Below, piece by piece: positions 19,290 through 29,456 of a stretch of 64,000 nucleotides of DNA; the first letter of the stretch is position 1; each line of letters begins with the position of its first letter. This DNA comes from Verrucomicrobiales bacterium. Lineage in GTDB: Bacteria > Verrucomicrobiota > Verrucomicrobiia > Verrucomicrobiales > SLCJ01. Made by a program: the position numbers and the translations under genes. The DNA lies in assembly GCA_046075565.1 (NCBI GenBank), contig JBJTQJ010000082.1:1-64000 (forward strand), read 5' to 3'. The notes below the pieces were generated by a model. That model was given only the letters and a program-made list of their open reading frames with translations. It was not told the DNA's origin and did not search any database.

Positions 19290-20068
19290 CAACGAAAACC
19301 CTCCCCCTCGCCCGTTCGGCGCGTGTTTCCCGGGGGTGGACCCTCACGGAACTCCTTATCGTCGCGGCCATCCTGGCCGTTCTGGCCGGGGTTTCGGTGC
19401 CGGTTTGGAAAGCCTTCCGCCAAAATGCAATGAAGGTGGATTCCGCCCGCCGCATGGCGAATCTCGCGACGGCCTTCACCGGCTTTGCCTCCGAAAACGG
19501 CGGTCTCATGCCATGGGAAGACGCGGTGGGAGGCAACAGCTGGGCATCGGCGGCCAAACCGGAGAACAAAGACGTCTGGTATAATGCCCTGCCCACCCTC
19601 ATGAACGCGCCTTCCGTAGGTGCGCTGGCCACCGACCCGGGCACGTTCTACAACGATGCGTATCCGCTCTACTTCAAGGGTGCCAAGTATCCGGATGATG
19701 ATAAGAAACTCAGCAAACCGTTCTTCGCGGTGGCCATGAACAGCCGAATTCAGCGGCGGGGAGAGGATGGCCAGAAAAAACAAGGCAGCATCGCACACCT
19801 TTCGGTGCCCGCCCGGACGGTGATCTTTTTCGAGCGCGGACTTCCCAAGGAGGACAAGACCATGGGTGCGCTCGGCGGCTATGATGGCACGCCGAAGGGA
19901 AATGCCGCCAACTTCGTCGCGCGCTACAACCAGAAGGGCCTGCTCATTTTCGCCGACGGCCACGCCGAACTCGTCAAGGCCAGCGAGATCATCACCTCGT
20001 CTGGCATGGTTTTGGTGCCACAGGAGGCGTTTATCTGGACGCCGGATCCGGCCGAAAATCCGAATTAA
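19286..20068 (+). CDS. Prepilin-type N-terminal cleavage/methylation protein with H-X9-DG-like C-terminal motif
   Basis: RG|WTLTELLIVAAILAVLAG class III signal; ARYNQKGLLIFADGHAE; ATGA overlap with DUF4956. Confidence 0.85.
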   Translation: MTTKTLPLARSARVSRGWTLTELLIVAAILAVLAGVSVPVWKAFRQNAMKVDSARRMANLATAFTGFASENGGLMPWEDAVGGNSWASAAKPENKDVWYNALPTLMNAPSVGALATDPGTFYNDAYPLYFKGAKYPDDDKKLSKPFFAVAMNSRIQRRGEDGQKKQGSIAHLSVPARTVIFFERGLPKEDKTMGALGGYDGTPKGNAANFVARYNQKGLLIFADGHAELVKASEIITSSGMVLVPQEAFIWTPDPAENPN

Positions 20069-21221
20069 TTGCGCAATCGTAAATCTCTTCGAGCGCGCGG
20101 ATCGCCGAGGCTGAAGAGAAATCGCGCTGCACTGATTCCGCACCAGCGTTCCCGATTCGTACGGCAAGATCGGGTTCTTCGAGCAATCGGGTGATCGCGC
20201 GGGCGAGGTTGGCTGGTTCGCGTTCTCCAACCAACAAACCGGAGATGGAATCTTCAACCGCTTCCGGGATTCCGCCGTGCCTTGTAGCCACTACCGGCAA
20301 CGCGGTGGCCATGGCTTCCAGCAATCCATTCGGGATCCCTTCGCGGTTGCCATCGGGACCGGTCACGCTCGGATGGACAAAGACATGCGCCTCATGCAAC
20401 GCGCGGATCATCGCCTCTTGATCGAGGAATCCCAACCACTCGATGGCATCGGAGATCCCGAGATCTTTGGCCAGCTCCATCAAAGCCGGTTTCTCCGGTC
20501 CTTCTCCCGCGATCTTCAGGCGGAGCTTTGGAAATTGTTTCCGCACTTCCGCGACGGCCGCAAAGGTGGTGGCGTGATCCTTTTTCGCAATCAAACGCCC
20601 GCCCTGCAGCAAGATCCAGTTTCCGTCCGATGGTCTTTCCCGCTGCACAGGCACAAATTGATCGAGCGGGATGCCGGTGCGGTTGAGCACGAGTTTCTCC
20701 CGCGGGCATCCCATGGCTGCCAAATCTTCCAGCAAGGCGCGGGAGCGCGCTAACACGAGCCGCGACAATCCGAATGCCTCCGTCATCATCCGGCGCTGCG
20801 TTTCCCCATCCATGCCGACCCCCGCGTCCGCACCGTGGAAGCTCACGACCACTGGAAGCTGGGAAGCACGCAGGAGGGGAAGCCAATGCAAGGCCATGTG
20901 GCCGAAATACAGATGAATCAACGCCGCCCCGGACTTGCGGGCAGCGCCAAGAAATGCCTCGATCTCCGGGCGGGCCGCTTGCCACGGCAGGCCGGTCACA
21001 TGCCTTGACCACAAACGCCGGAAGAAGCGCCATTGGTATTTCGGCAAGACGGTGAGGCGATCCTCCGGCCAAGGAAACTCCCCGGCATTTTCCCGTCGCC
21101 CGGTGATCACATGCGGACACCAACGGGCCAGGCCGGCCATCTGGCGGTGCACGTGCCGCATTTCGGGACGGCAGAACACCGGCACATAGCTGGCCACCAC
21201 GGGTCGCTTGGCATCGGACAT
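20031..21221 (-). CDS. Glycosyltransferase family 4 (WcaL-like)
   Basis: GRLIAKK, EGIPNGLLEAMATALPVVATRHGGIPE (EX7E). Confidence 0.92.
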   Translation of the reverse strand: MSDAKRPVVASYVPVFCRPEMRHVHRQMAGLARWCPHVITGRRENAGEFPWPEDRLTVLPKYQWRFFRRLWSRHVTGLPWQAARPEIEAFLGAARKSGAALIHLYFGHMALHWLPLLRASQLPVVVSFHGADAGVGMDGETQRRMMTEAFGLSRLVLARSRALLEDLAAMGCPREKLVLNRTGIPLDQFVPVQRERPSDGNWILLQGGRLIAKKDHATTFAAVAEVRKQFPKLRLKIAGEGPEKPALMELAKDLGISDAIEWLGFLDQEAMIRALHEAHVFVHPSVTGPDGNREGIPNGLLEAMATALPVVATRHGGIPEAVEDSISGLLVGEREPANLARAITRLLEEPDLAVRIGNAGAESVQRDFSSASAIRALEEIYDCAINSDFRPDPASR

Positions 21222-21254
21222 TCCCGAGTTTCGCATCCGCACGGCACTTGCACA

Positions 21255-22076
21255 ATGCGGGAATCAAAGGAACCTTCCCGTCCGGAATCCATCCCCTCCA
21301 TGCCCAAGGCCCGCAAGATGAGCAAAACAACCACCCGCGGGGAGTCGCGCGGTGCGCTGGAGCGTTTGCGCGGCAAACCCAAGGAACCGCCTCCACCCGA
21401 ACCGGTGCGCATTCCCATCGTATGGTTCCGCCGCCTCGTCGGGGTGATTCTCCTGCCGGTTGGTTGGATCGTGACCGCCGCGCTGTTCGGCGTCTTCGAA
21501 GAATCGAAAGGCCGCTCCCTCTGGCACAGCCGGGAGGTCTGGTTGTTCTCCGTAGGGTTCCTGCTCTGGGTCATTGCCTTCATCTTTCTGCCTCGTCCCA
21601 CCGGCCTCTATGTGGTCGGGCATGAATACACGCATGCGTTCTTCGTGCGGCTTTGCGGTGGACGCGTTGGACGGGTTCACGCCAGTGCGGATGGTGGTTA
21701 TGTGCTGAGTGATCGGAATAATTTTCTCATCGGGCTTTCGCCCTACATCTTCCCTTTCTGGACGATCATTTCACTCGCCATCCTCGGCGGGGCGGGGCTG
21801 CTGCTGAAAATTCCCTACTACCATCATGTGCTCTTCTTCTGCACGGGTGTGAGCTGGTCGTTCCACATCACGTTCACCATCGACATGATCAGCAAGAACC
21901 AACCCGATATCGAGGACAACGGACGTTTCTTCTCCCTGACCCTCATCTATTTGTTCAACGTCTTGATCATTTCGGCGTTATTGGTCATCGCTTCTCCCCG
22001 GGTCACGCTCATGGGCCTCGGCAAACGAGCGGCCGCTGAAGCGATGGAAATGTTCCACGGCGCGGTAGCGAAGTGA
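21255..22076 (+). CDS. Membrane protein with HExxH motif (M50-like metallopeptidase)
   Basis: Multiple TM helices, GHEYTHA, NQPD; start uncertain (21255 or 21300). Confidence 0.7.
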   Translation: MRESKEPSRPESIPSMPKARKMSKTTTRGESRGALERLRGKPKEPPPPEPVRIPIVWFRRLVGVILLPVGWIVTAALFGVFEESKGRSLWHSREVWLFSVGFLLWVIAFIFLPRPTGLYVVGHEYTHAFFVRLCGGRVGRVHASADGGYVLSDRNNFLIGLSPYIFPFWTIISLAILGGAGLLLKIPYYHHVLFFCTGVSWSFHITFTIDMISKNQPDIEDNGRFFSLTLIYLFNVLIISALLVIASPRVTLMGLGKRAAAEAMEMFHGAVAK

Positions 22077-22083
22077 TGCTCGA

Positions 22084-22572
22084 TCAACCCCGCTGGCATT
22101 CCGGACACTTTCCGAAAAAAACAAGATCGTGCTGGAGGCCGGTATAGCCGGTGAGTTCGGCAAGTTCACGCTCCAGGCCATCGACGGGACAAGCCTGATT
22201 GGTGTCGCCGATGGCACCGCATTCGGTGCAGATCAAATAATCATGATGTCGTCCGGGCAAGACCAGTTCGTAATATCGGGCGCGCTCATGCAAGCCGATG
22301 CGACGCAAAACACCGGCTTCGACCAGACGCTCCACCATACGATAGAGCGTGGCCGTATCACAGATATCACCAATCGACTCTTCGACCTGCGCGATGGTAA
22401 CCGGTCGATCGCGCCCGGCCAGATCACGGAGGACATTTTCCAGCAAATGTGTCCTCCTCATCCCGAGGGAACGGACCAAGGCGATTTTCCCGCGCACAAC
22501 CCCTTCGATATCCTCCACCGGCCGGTGGCCGTGCTCGGGATGATGGTGATGCGGGTGCTGGCAGGTGCCCAT
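22084..22572 (-). CDS. Fur-family regulator, probably Zur
   Basis: ATLYR, HHDYLICTECG, C-terminal CPEC, His-rich N-terminus. Confidence 0.9.
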   Translation of the reverse strand: MGTCQHPHHHHPEHGHRPVEDIEGVVRGKIALVRSLGMRRTHLLENVLRDLAGRDRPVTIAQVEESIGDICDTATLYRMVERLVEAGVLRRIGLHERARYYELVLPGRHHDYLICTECGAIGDTNQACPVDGLERELAELTGYTGLQHDLVFFGKCPECQRG

Positions 22573-22749
22573 GGGAGGAAGATGCCTCCGATTCACCCGT
22601 ATCGCAAGTGTCCAGCCATCCGGGGTCTTTCCGGATGGCGATTGTTGCGGACCACGCGGAAAAAGGCTTGCACTTCCCCAGGCAAAAATGCATTCTGAAG
22701 GGAGATCGTCGTCCCCTAATCGGGGCCACATGAAAATTGGAGGCACTCT

Positions 22750-23070
22750 ATGAAGAACCACCCTCGTCCCGCCCTTCGCTTGGTTTTCTTGGCCGCCGTG
22801 GCGATGGCCACCACTTTCGGCACCACCGGTTGCTTTTATTCCACCGTGGCCGGCTTCGAAAACCCGGCCTACAATTCGTCGTATGTCGCCGCACCGGTGT
22901 ATGCGGAACAGGTCTATTCGGAGCCGGTCGCGGTCGCTCCGGTCGTTGTGCCGGTCGCGCGCCCCTACTATCGGCCGTTCTATCGTCCTTACGATCGGCC
23001 CTACTATGGCGGTGGTTGGCCGTCAACCAGCCTCAGCTTCTCCTACAATTACGTTGACGGCTGCTGGTAA
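22750..23070 (+). CDS. Small Tyr/Pro-rich lipoprotein
   Basis: Signal peptide ending [12 protein letters not shown] repeats; GGAGG SD. Confidence 0.65.
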   Translation: MKNHPRPALRLVFLAAVAMATTFGTTGCFYSTVAGFENPAYNSSYVAAPVYAEQVYSEPVAVAPVVVPVARPYYRPFYRPYDRPYYGGGWPSTSLSFSYNYVDGCW

Positions 23071-23147
23071 AGGAAAAGCGGAGCGGATTCTTGAAATTTT
23101 CCGATTTCGGGCTTGCCAAACGCGCGGGCGGATGGCTTGATCCGCTC

Positions 23148-23765
23148 ATGAAATTCTCCCTGCTTCTTTCTTCCATTTTCGTTGCTGGTTCCATTTGCTT
23201 CGCCCAAGAGCAAGCTGCTCCCGCCGCCGCGGGTAGTGCCGTCGCAGCCGAGGCCCCGGCCGCCAAGATGGTGAAGGTGACCATGGAAACGAGCAAGGGC
23301 ACCATTGAACTGGAGTTGGACAAGGAGAAGGCCCCGCTCAGTGTCGCCAATTTCGTGGCTTATGCGAAGAAGGGTCATTACGATGGGACAATTTTCCATC
23401 GCGTGATTCCCGGCTTCATGATCCAGGGCGGAGGTTTCAGCGCCGACATGAACCAGAAGGCGACCGACGCGCCGATCAAGAATGAAGGCGGAAATGGTCT
23501 GGCCAACAAACGTGGAACGATCGCGATGGCCCGCACTCAGATGCCCGACAGTGCGACAAGCCAGTTCTTCATCAACGTCGCCGACAACACGATGCTCGAC
23601 CGGGCCACCAGTGGCGACGGGGTCGGTTACGCGGTCTTCGGCAAGGTGACCAAAGGCATGGATATCACCGATGCCATCGTCGGAGTGGAAACGAAGTCCG
23701 CCGGCCCCCACCAGAATGTGCCGGCCGAACCGGTCGTCATCAAGTCGGTCAAGATCGCCGAGTGA
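23148..23765 (+). CDS. ppiA: Cyclophilin-type peptidyl-prolyl isomerase (exported)
   Basis: [38 protein letters not shown]. Confidence 0.93.
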   Translation: MKFSLLLSSIFVAGSICFAQEQAAPAAAGSAVAAEAPAAKMVKVTMETSKGTIELELDKEKAPLSVANFVAYAKKGHYDGTIFHRVIPGFMIQGGGFSADMNQKATDAPIKNEGGNGLANKRGTIAMARTQMPDSATSQFFINVADNTMLDRATSGDGVGYAVFGKVTKGMDITDAIVGVETKSAGPHQNVPAEPVVIKSVKIAE

Positions 23766-23790
23766 CGAAGCGGACGGTGCAAAAAGCAGG

Positions 23791-25629
23791 TCAATCGCCT
23801 GCTTTCCGGATGGATGGCATGGCGAGGAGTTTGCCTCCGATCGGCACGTCCATGGAATCCGAGAGTTCTCCGATGCCCAAGGTTTTGAGTCGGGGTCCGT
23901 AATCAGGAAGCTCGACCTCCAGGGTGGATGAACCCTTTTTCAGTTCGAGGGGCAGGAGAAACTCCGCGACTTCACCGGGTTGCTTCGGCAAGTCGAACTC
24001 ACCGACCACTTTGTCCTTGGACTTGATGGTGAGTCGGCCCTCGCGATCCATCACTCCGGCCACCGTCAGCTTTACTTCGTATGTGCCTTTGGCGGAGGTA
24101 TGCACGCGCAGTTTCGCACCAGGGCTGATCCAAAACCCCGGGGTCCCGTTTTCGGCGACCTTGGCCACGAAGAATCCGGTCAGGGGCTCGACGGCCGGCC
24201 AATAGGTCTTGGAGAGCCATGGACATTCCTCCGAGATGACCGAGAACAAACGGCGATGACGTCCGGACAATTCCGGATGCATTTTCTTCTCCTCGCAGGA
24301 TTGGCGGACGCGCTGGGTGTCGTTGGTCATGGCGGAAAACCATCTGCACTGCTGAAGGCGGCCTTCCCACATGAAGCCATGGAGGATGTTGGATGCGAGC
24401 ATCAAGGCCAGACACCAGGGCAATGCCCGCTTCAGATTCTCGCCGGCGCTGGCGAAAGCGGCCGCGCTCCCCACCGCGAGGCATAACCAGAGCAGGGATG
24501 CGATATAGACCGGATAATAATAACAATTGGAGCTCGGTATGAATCGCATATCCGGCAGAACATAAATGGTCACGAGAGTGATCGCGAAAGCGACGGCGAG
24601 GGAAGCAAGCACGCCGATGGCGAACAGGGCAAAACGGGCGGGCTTCCCCGGACCGGAAGACTGACGCCAAACCACCGCCGCGAAGATGCCGCCGGCAAGC
24701 AAAGCCGCCCACCAAGCCAATCCGCCCATGACCAGAGGAACCACATTGGCGACATAGCGGCTCGTGGCGACGATCAATTTCCACAGCTCCAGCCCCTCGG
24801 TTTCATATGGTTGGGCGGTGATAGCCCCACGAAAACCCGAGTAGTGCGCATTGAGCGCGGGGCCAAGGAAGGAGAAATAAATCTGGCATACGGCGATCGC
24901 CACGAGCAACCAGGCGGCCGACAACCATCCGCGTTTCCGCCAGATGGCGATCAGCACCATGACTCCAAGAGCGGCCAAGATGGCCGCCAGAGCGGGGCGA
25001 TCCATGAGCACCGACGTCGCCGCCACCGCCGCCATGGCCGCATGATGGAGTTGGCCGCCGGCTTTCCCCTGGCGGGGAGATCGGTCGGCGGAAATCCGGC
25101 AGTCGATGAGCATCCAGAGCGCGGCCAGTCCCACGGTGGCGGAGAGCAATCGGCTCGCGCGGTGGAAAACCAATGGCGAGAGGGCGACGGGAAGACTGGA
25201 AAGATAGATTCCGGCCAGCAATATCCAGAAGACCCGGTTGGTGCCGGGGAAAAGCGCGGGCCCGCGCCAGACCACCATGGCCATCACGAGGAGATTCGCG
25301 AGCCACGCGCTGATATGGATGCCCAAGATGAACTGGGATTTGTTCAGGAGGAGCAGGATGCATAGCGAGTCGAGCCAATCGAAAATGTGGCTGAGCTCCC
25401 GCCCGAAATAGCACCCCCAGTCGTTCCGGTCCGGATTGAAGATCATTTTGCCAATGGGAAGGTCCTGCCAATACTGGCCAAGGAAGACGGCGCCCTCCGG
25501 ATCGACGATGCCACCGTCGAAGACAAAAACCGAGCCCAAGGGAATGAGGAAAACCAACAAGGCGAGGAGGGGAGTCAACCAACGGGGACAACGTGGCGGA
25601 ATCCGAAGAGTTTCAGACGGGTTGGACAT
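23791..25629 (-). CDS. Polytopic membrane protein (possible GT-C fold)
   Basis: About 12 hydrophobic segments, acidic first loop (DGGIVDPEG), soluble beta-rich C-terminus. Confidence 0.7.
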   Translation of the reverse strand: MSNPSETLRIPPRCPRWLTPLLALLVFLIPLGSVFVFDGGIVDPEGAVFLGQYWQDLPIGKMIFNPDRNDWGCYFGRELSHIFDWLDSLCILLLLNKSQFILGIHISAWLANLLVMAMVVWRGPALFPGTNRVFWILLAGIYLSSLPVALSPLVFHRASRLLSATVGLAALWMLIDCRISADRSPRQGKAGGQLHHAAMAAVAATSVLMDRPALAAILAALGVMVLIAIWRKRGWLSAAWLLVAIAVCQIYFSFLGPALNAHYSGFRGAITAQPYETEGLELWKLIVATSRYVANVVPLVMGGLAWWAALLAGGIFAAVVWRQSSGPGKPARFALFAIGVLASLAVAFAITLVTIYVLPDMRFIPSSNCYYYPVYIASLLWLCLAVGSAAAFASAGENLKRALPWCLALMLASNILHGFMWEGRLQQCRWFSAMTNDTQRVRQSCEEKKMHPELSGRHRRLFSVISEECPWLSKTYWPAVEPLTGFFVAKVAENGTPGFWISPGAKLRVHTSAKGTYEVKLTVAGVMDREGRLTIKSKDKVVGEFDLPKQPGEVAEFLLPLELKKGSSTLEVELPDYGPRLKTLGIGELSDSMDVPIGGKLLAMPSIRKAGD

Positions 25630-25772
25630 TGGATTGGCTGTTTATTTGGTGCCGAGGCCCAGTACTGTCAAGGAGGTTTTGCCTTAGAAACAATGCCGGG
25701 GAACGGGGTTTTCGCATTGATATCGGTGGTTGTTATGATGTGGCCGGTGGTTTAGCTTCCACATCGATTCCC

Positions 25773-27575
25773 ATGAATTCCCCCACAACCGATTTGGCCG
25801 CCGAATCAACACCGCCGCCCGCGACCCAGTCCTCCGGCATTTGGAGATGGTTGATGGTGCTGGTGATGGTTGCTCCCTTTCTCTGGACGCTCTATTTGAG
25901 CCGGGAGTTCACCGTGCCAATTCCGAAAGGCGACCACTGGAGCATCGCCGGAAAACCGCTTCTTCGTTCGATCGAAGGCAAGCTCACGCTGGCGGATTTG
26001 GCCGCGCAGGACAACGATAGCCGGATGCTGGTGCCGAGGGTCATGCACATCGCCATGGCCCGGGCAACGGGATGGGATGTAAAATTGGAAACCACGGTCT
26101 GCGTGATTCTCGCATTCCTCTCGGTGGTCGGCGCGTGGAGATTGCTGCGACGGACTTTTCCGGAGAGCCCGGGTTGCCGGGTTGCCGCGGTCTTTTGGCT
26201 CGCAGTCCTCGTGGCCAGCCCGCTGCAATGGATGAACTGGACATTCGGTGTGATCATCGCCTATTTCATGGTCCTTCTGCCCGCCGTGCTGGTGGTGGTG
26301 GTCTTCTCGACAGGTTGGCACTTCCTGATCAAAATGATCCTCGGCGTCGTGCTGGCCCTGACCGCTACACAATCCTTCATCTGCGGGTGGATTGTCTGGG
26401 TTGAAGTGGGCGCGCTCGCGTTGTGGACCCGCCCGTTGCCCCGACCCGGCCTGCGCTGGGGCGCCTATGGGCTGGCATTGATATTGGCCGTCGTTTATGG
26501 ACTGTGGTTTTTCCAGGGATACAAGTTGGGAGGAGGAGCGGGACACGCGAATGTCGTTTCCATGGCGGGCGCACTGATGGTGTTTTTCCTCGGGATTATC
26601 GGTGCTCCTTTCTCCGAGATGCTTCCGATCGACAACTCGTCGGTGGGACCGTGGATCGGCGCGGTTTGTCTGGTCTGTCTTGCCATCTCGTTGTTCTTGT
26701 TAGGAACCCGGACCAAACGTGAAATCTGGTTCATGGCCTGGCCATGGCTGGTGACATGCGGCTGGAGCCTTTCGGTGCTCGCCATGATTTCCTATGGGCG
26801 GGTGCTGTACGATTCCCAGGCCGCCTATTGGCCGCGTTACATGGCCTTTTCCGCTTGGTTCCATGGCGCGAATCTCGTGCTGACTTTGCTCGCGTGGCAA
26901 CACGTGCTGAAGGGGATGAAAAACCCGGCAACCATGGTGTGGAAAGGCGCGGGTGCGATCCTGGCGGCAGCTTTTGCCTGGCAATACGTGCAGGGCGCGC
27001 GCTTCGGCGTGCGCGCGATGGAGGAGGACCATCTATCCACCCTGCAGGTGCGGGCGGGTATGCACTTCATGGCGGTGGTCCCCGAGCCGGAATTGATGAA
27101 GAGAAATCTCGTGCCGTTGGAGTGGTTCCTGCCACACTCCCGGGACCATCGATCCAAAGGTATGTTCCACGAGCCGGAACACGCCACGGTCAGAGTGGAA
27201 GATTTTCCCGCCGAGGCAGAAGGGCGCGCGAAAGGCCGGGTCACCAGAATCGACATCAAGGAGTCCGGCGAAGGCGAAATCCGTGGATGGGCTTGGGACA
27301 ATGAAAAGAATCGTCCGGTGGATTCCATCGTGCTGGCGGTGCCGGAGACGACTGGAGGATGGAGAATCTTCGGGCTGGCCCAAACGCAGCCGAAGGAAGA
27401 GAAGATCGCGAAAAAGGAAAAGCTCGAGGGCTATGGGAACCGCATCGGCTGGAGATACCGGTTTACCCGGCTTCCCGATGGCTTTGATCCTGCCGCCTGC
27501 CGCGTCTATGCCTATGACACGGAGAAACACAGTCTGGCCTTGCTGGGTGTCGCGACGGTCGAGAAAAAGAAATGA
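25773..27575 (+). CDS. Polytopic membrane protein (possible GT-C fold)
   Basis: About 12 TM; first loop PKGDHW...QDNDSR; PRY motif; C-terminal Ig-like IRGWAWD domain. Confidence 0.72.
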   Translation: MNSPTTDLAAESTPPPATQSSGIWRWLMVLVMVAPFLWTLYLSREFTVPIPKGDHWSIAGKPLLRSIEGKLTLADLAAQDNDSRMLVPRVMHIAMARATGWDVKLETTVCVILAFLSVVGAWRLLRRTFPESPGCRVAAVFWLAVLVASPLQWMNWTFGVIIAYFMVLLPAVLVVVVFSTGWHFLIKMILGVVLALTATQSFICGWIVWVEVGALALWTRPLPRPGLRWGAYGLALILAVVYGLWFFQGYKLGGGAGHANVVSMAGALMVFFLGIIGAPFSEMLPIDNSSVGPWIGAVCLVCLAISLFLLGTRTKREIWFMAWPWLVTCGWSLSVLAMISYGRVLYDSQAAYWPRYMAFSAWFHGANLVLTLLAWQHVLKGMKNPATMVWKGAGAILAAAFAWQYVQGARFGVRAMEEDHLSTLQVRAGMHFMAVVPEPELMKRNLVPLEWFLPHSRDHRSKGMFHEPEHATVRVEDFPAEAEGRAKGRVTRIDIKESGEGEIRGWAWDNEKNRPVDSIVLAVPETTGGWRIFGLAQTQPKEEKIAKKEKLEGYGNRIGWRYRFTRLPDGFDPAACRVYAYDTEKHSLALLGVATVEKKK

Positions 27576-27578
27576 CGG

Positions 27579-28616
27579 TCAACGCTTCTGGAACAAGTTG
27601 AAGGGAGGTTTGCGACCGGCGGGTGGCGCCTCTTCCTTTTTCTTCTCGGCGGGTGAATCGTCGCGGTAGAAGAGCAGACCGTGTTTTCTCGTGTTGCGGA
27701 TGAGCTGATTGAAATCCTCGCTCAGACTGGCGTCATTCACGAGGGTGGGCAGCAGTCCCTTTCCTTCGGTCATCCGCCGGACACCCTTGTCGAGGCTGAC
27801 GGCAGCGTCACCGATTTTGTCCGCGCTGGTCTTCACTTTTTCCGTGATCGGTTTGAGCTCTCCGAAGATGCCGCGGATTTCCGTGAGCGTGGCATCGAGA
27901 TTCTCGAAAGTCTTGCCGCCCTTGTCGATCGCCGGCGCGAGTTTCTCCGAAGCGTCGGCGAGATTGGTGGTGGTCTCGCGCAATTTCGCCAGTGACTCAC
28001 GCACATCGGCGACATTGGCATCGGAGAGGATGCCGTTGTTGAATTTGTCGACCGTGATGTTCACATTGCGACCGACTTTTTCGAATTCATCGACGGCCGA
28101 GGTGATACGGGCCACCGCTCCTTGCACGTCGGCAAGGGCATAGGTCGCTTTTTCAGAAAGAGCTTCGACCTTGTTCTGGAGGGAAGTCAACGAGCCGGCA
28201 CTGATGCCCTCGATGGTTTCATCCCCTTTGAAGAAATCGACTTTCGCCCGATCCGTGCCCTCGGGCACCTGCACGCTGATGAATTTATCACCGAGCAAGC
28301 CGGCCCCCGAGACCGTGACTTCCGCATTGCGCGGGATCCCGATGCCTTCGTTGATCTCCAATGTGACGACCACACGATCAAAGGTCTCGTTCAACACCGG
28401 CAACGACGCAACGCGCCCGATCCGGGCCCCGCCAAGGCGGACATCCGAACCCGGCAACACGCCCGTGGCGTCGCTGAAGCGGGCGAAAAGCGTGTAACTC
28501 TCGATCTTGCGGCGCTCGAATTTGCCAAATTGCAGGATGAGCACGCCGAGGATCACCAATCCCACGAAGAGGAAAAGGCCGACAAGGGTGGCGGTATTGT
28601 CTTTGGGGCGTGCCAT
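27579..28616 (-). CDS. mlaD: MCE/MlaD family protein
   Basis: TM anchor; DATGVLPGSDVRLGGARIGRV, GLLGDKFI; helical C-terminus. Confidence 0.9.
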   Translation of the reverse strand: MARPKDNTATLVGLFLFVGLVILGVLILQFGKFERRKIESYTLFARFSDATGVLPGSDVRLGGARIGRVASLPVLNETFDRVVVTLEINEGIGIPRNAEVTVSGAGLLGDKFISVQVPEGTDRAKVDFFKGDETIEGISAGSLTSLQNKVEALSEKATYALADVQGAVARITSAVDEFEKVGRNVNITVDKFNNGILSDANVADVRESLAKLRETTTNLADASEKLAPAIDKGGKTFENLDATLTEIRGIFGELKPITEKVKTSADKIGDAAVSLDKGVRRMTEGKGLLPTLVNDASLSEDFNQLIRNTRKHGLLFYRDDSPAEKKKEEAPPAGRKPPFNLFQKR

Positions 28617-28631
28617 GCTGTTGGTGGAATA

Positions 28632-29456
28632 TTAACCCGCCGGAAGAGGATCACAAGGGCCGGGCTCCGGCAGCCCCGCTTCGATGGTTTCACGGGAGCG
28701 GCCGAGGATGAATTCGCGGACGTTCTCGTCCCGGCAATGCCGCAAATCCTGCGGACTGCCGGTGAAGTAGATCTTGCCGTCTTTTAGGAACGTAATATGA
28801 TCGGCAACGTGGTAGAGGCTGCGCATGTCGTGGGTAACGACGACCTGCGTGATGCCCAGTTTCTCCTGCGTGCGCAGGATGAGATGATTGATCTGATCGC
28901 TGACGATGGGGTCGAGTCCCGCCGTCGGCTCGTCATAGAAAACAGCCGCCGGGCGGCTGATGATGGCCCGGGCGAGCGCGACGCGTTTCCTCATGCCTCC
29001 GGACAACGCGTTCGGCATCTTTTCCATGTGTTCGGCGAGACCGACCATGGCCAGGGACTCGATGGCGCGATTTTCGAGTTCGTCCTCATCGCGTATTCCG
29101 GTTTCCCGAAGCGGAAAGACGACATTTTCCCGCACGTTCATGGAGTCGAAAAGCGCGCCGTTCTGGAAAAGCATGCCGATCTTGCGCCGCACCGAGCCCA
29201 GCCGCCGCTCGTCCATGTCCGTGATTTCCTCGCCGTCGATTTCGATGGTGCCTTCGTCGGGATCCATCAGACCGATTAGCAAACGCAAGAGCACACTCTT
29301 GCCGCCGCCACTGGCCCCGAGGATCGCGGTCGTTCGGCCTGCCGGAATCTCCAGATCGACGCCGCGCAGCACTTCCTGCTCGCCGAAGCTGCGCTTCAAT
29401 CCGCGCACGCGGATGAAGGGTGGCTCGTCCGGATTGATAGGGGTGGGTATTCTCAT
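28632..29456 (-). CDS. mlaF: MlaF-type ABC ATPase
   Basis: GASGGGKS, FQNGALFDSM, LSGGMRKRVALARA, DEPTAGLDP. Confidence 0.92.
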   Translation of the reverse strand: MRIPTPINPDEPPFIRVRGLKRSFGEQEVLRGVDLEIPAGRTTAILGASGGGKSVLLRLLIGLMDPDEGTIEIDGEEITDMDERRLGSVRRKIGMLFQNGALFDSMNVRENVVFPLRETGIRDEDELENRAIESLAMVGLAEHMEKMPNALSGGMRKRVALARAIISRPAAVFYDEPTAGLDPIVSDQINHLILRTQEKLGITQVVVTHDMRSLYHVADHITFLKDGKIYFTGSPQDLRHCRDENVREFILGRSRETIEAGLPEPGPCDPLPAG

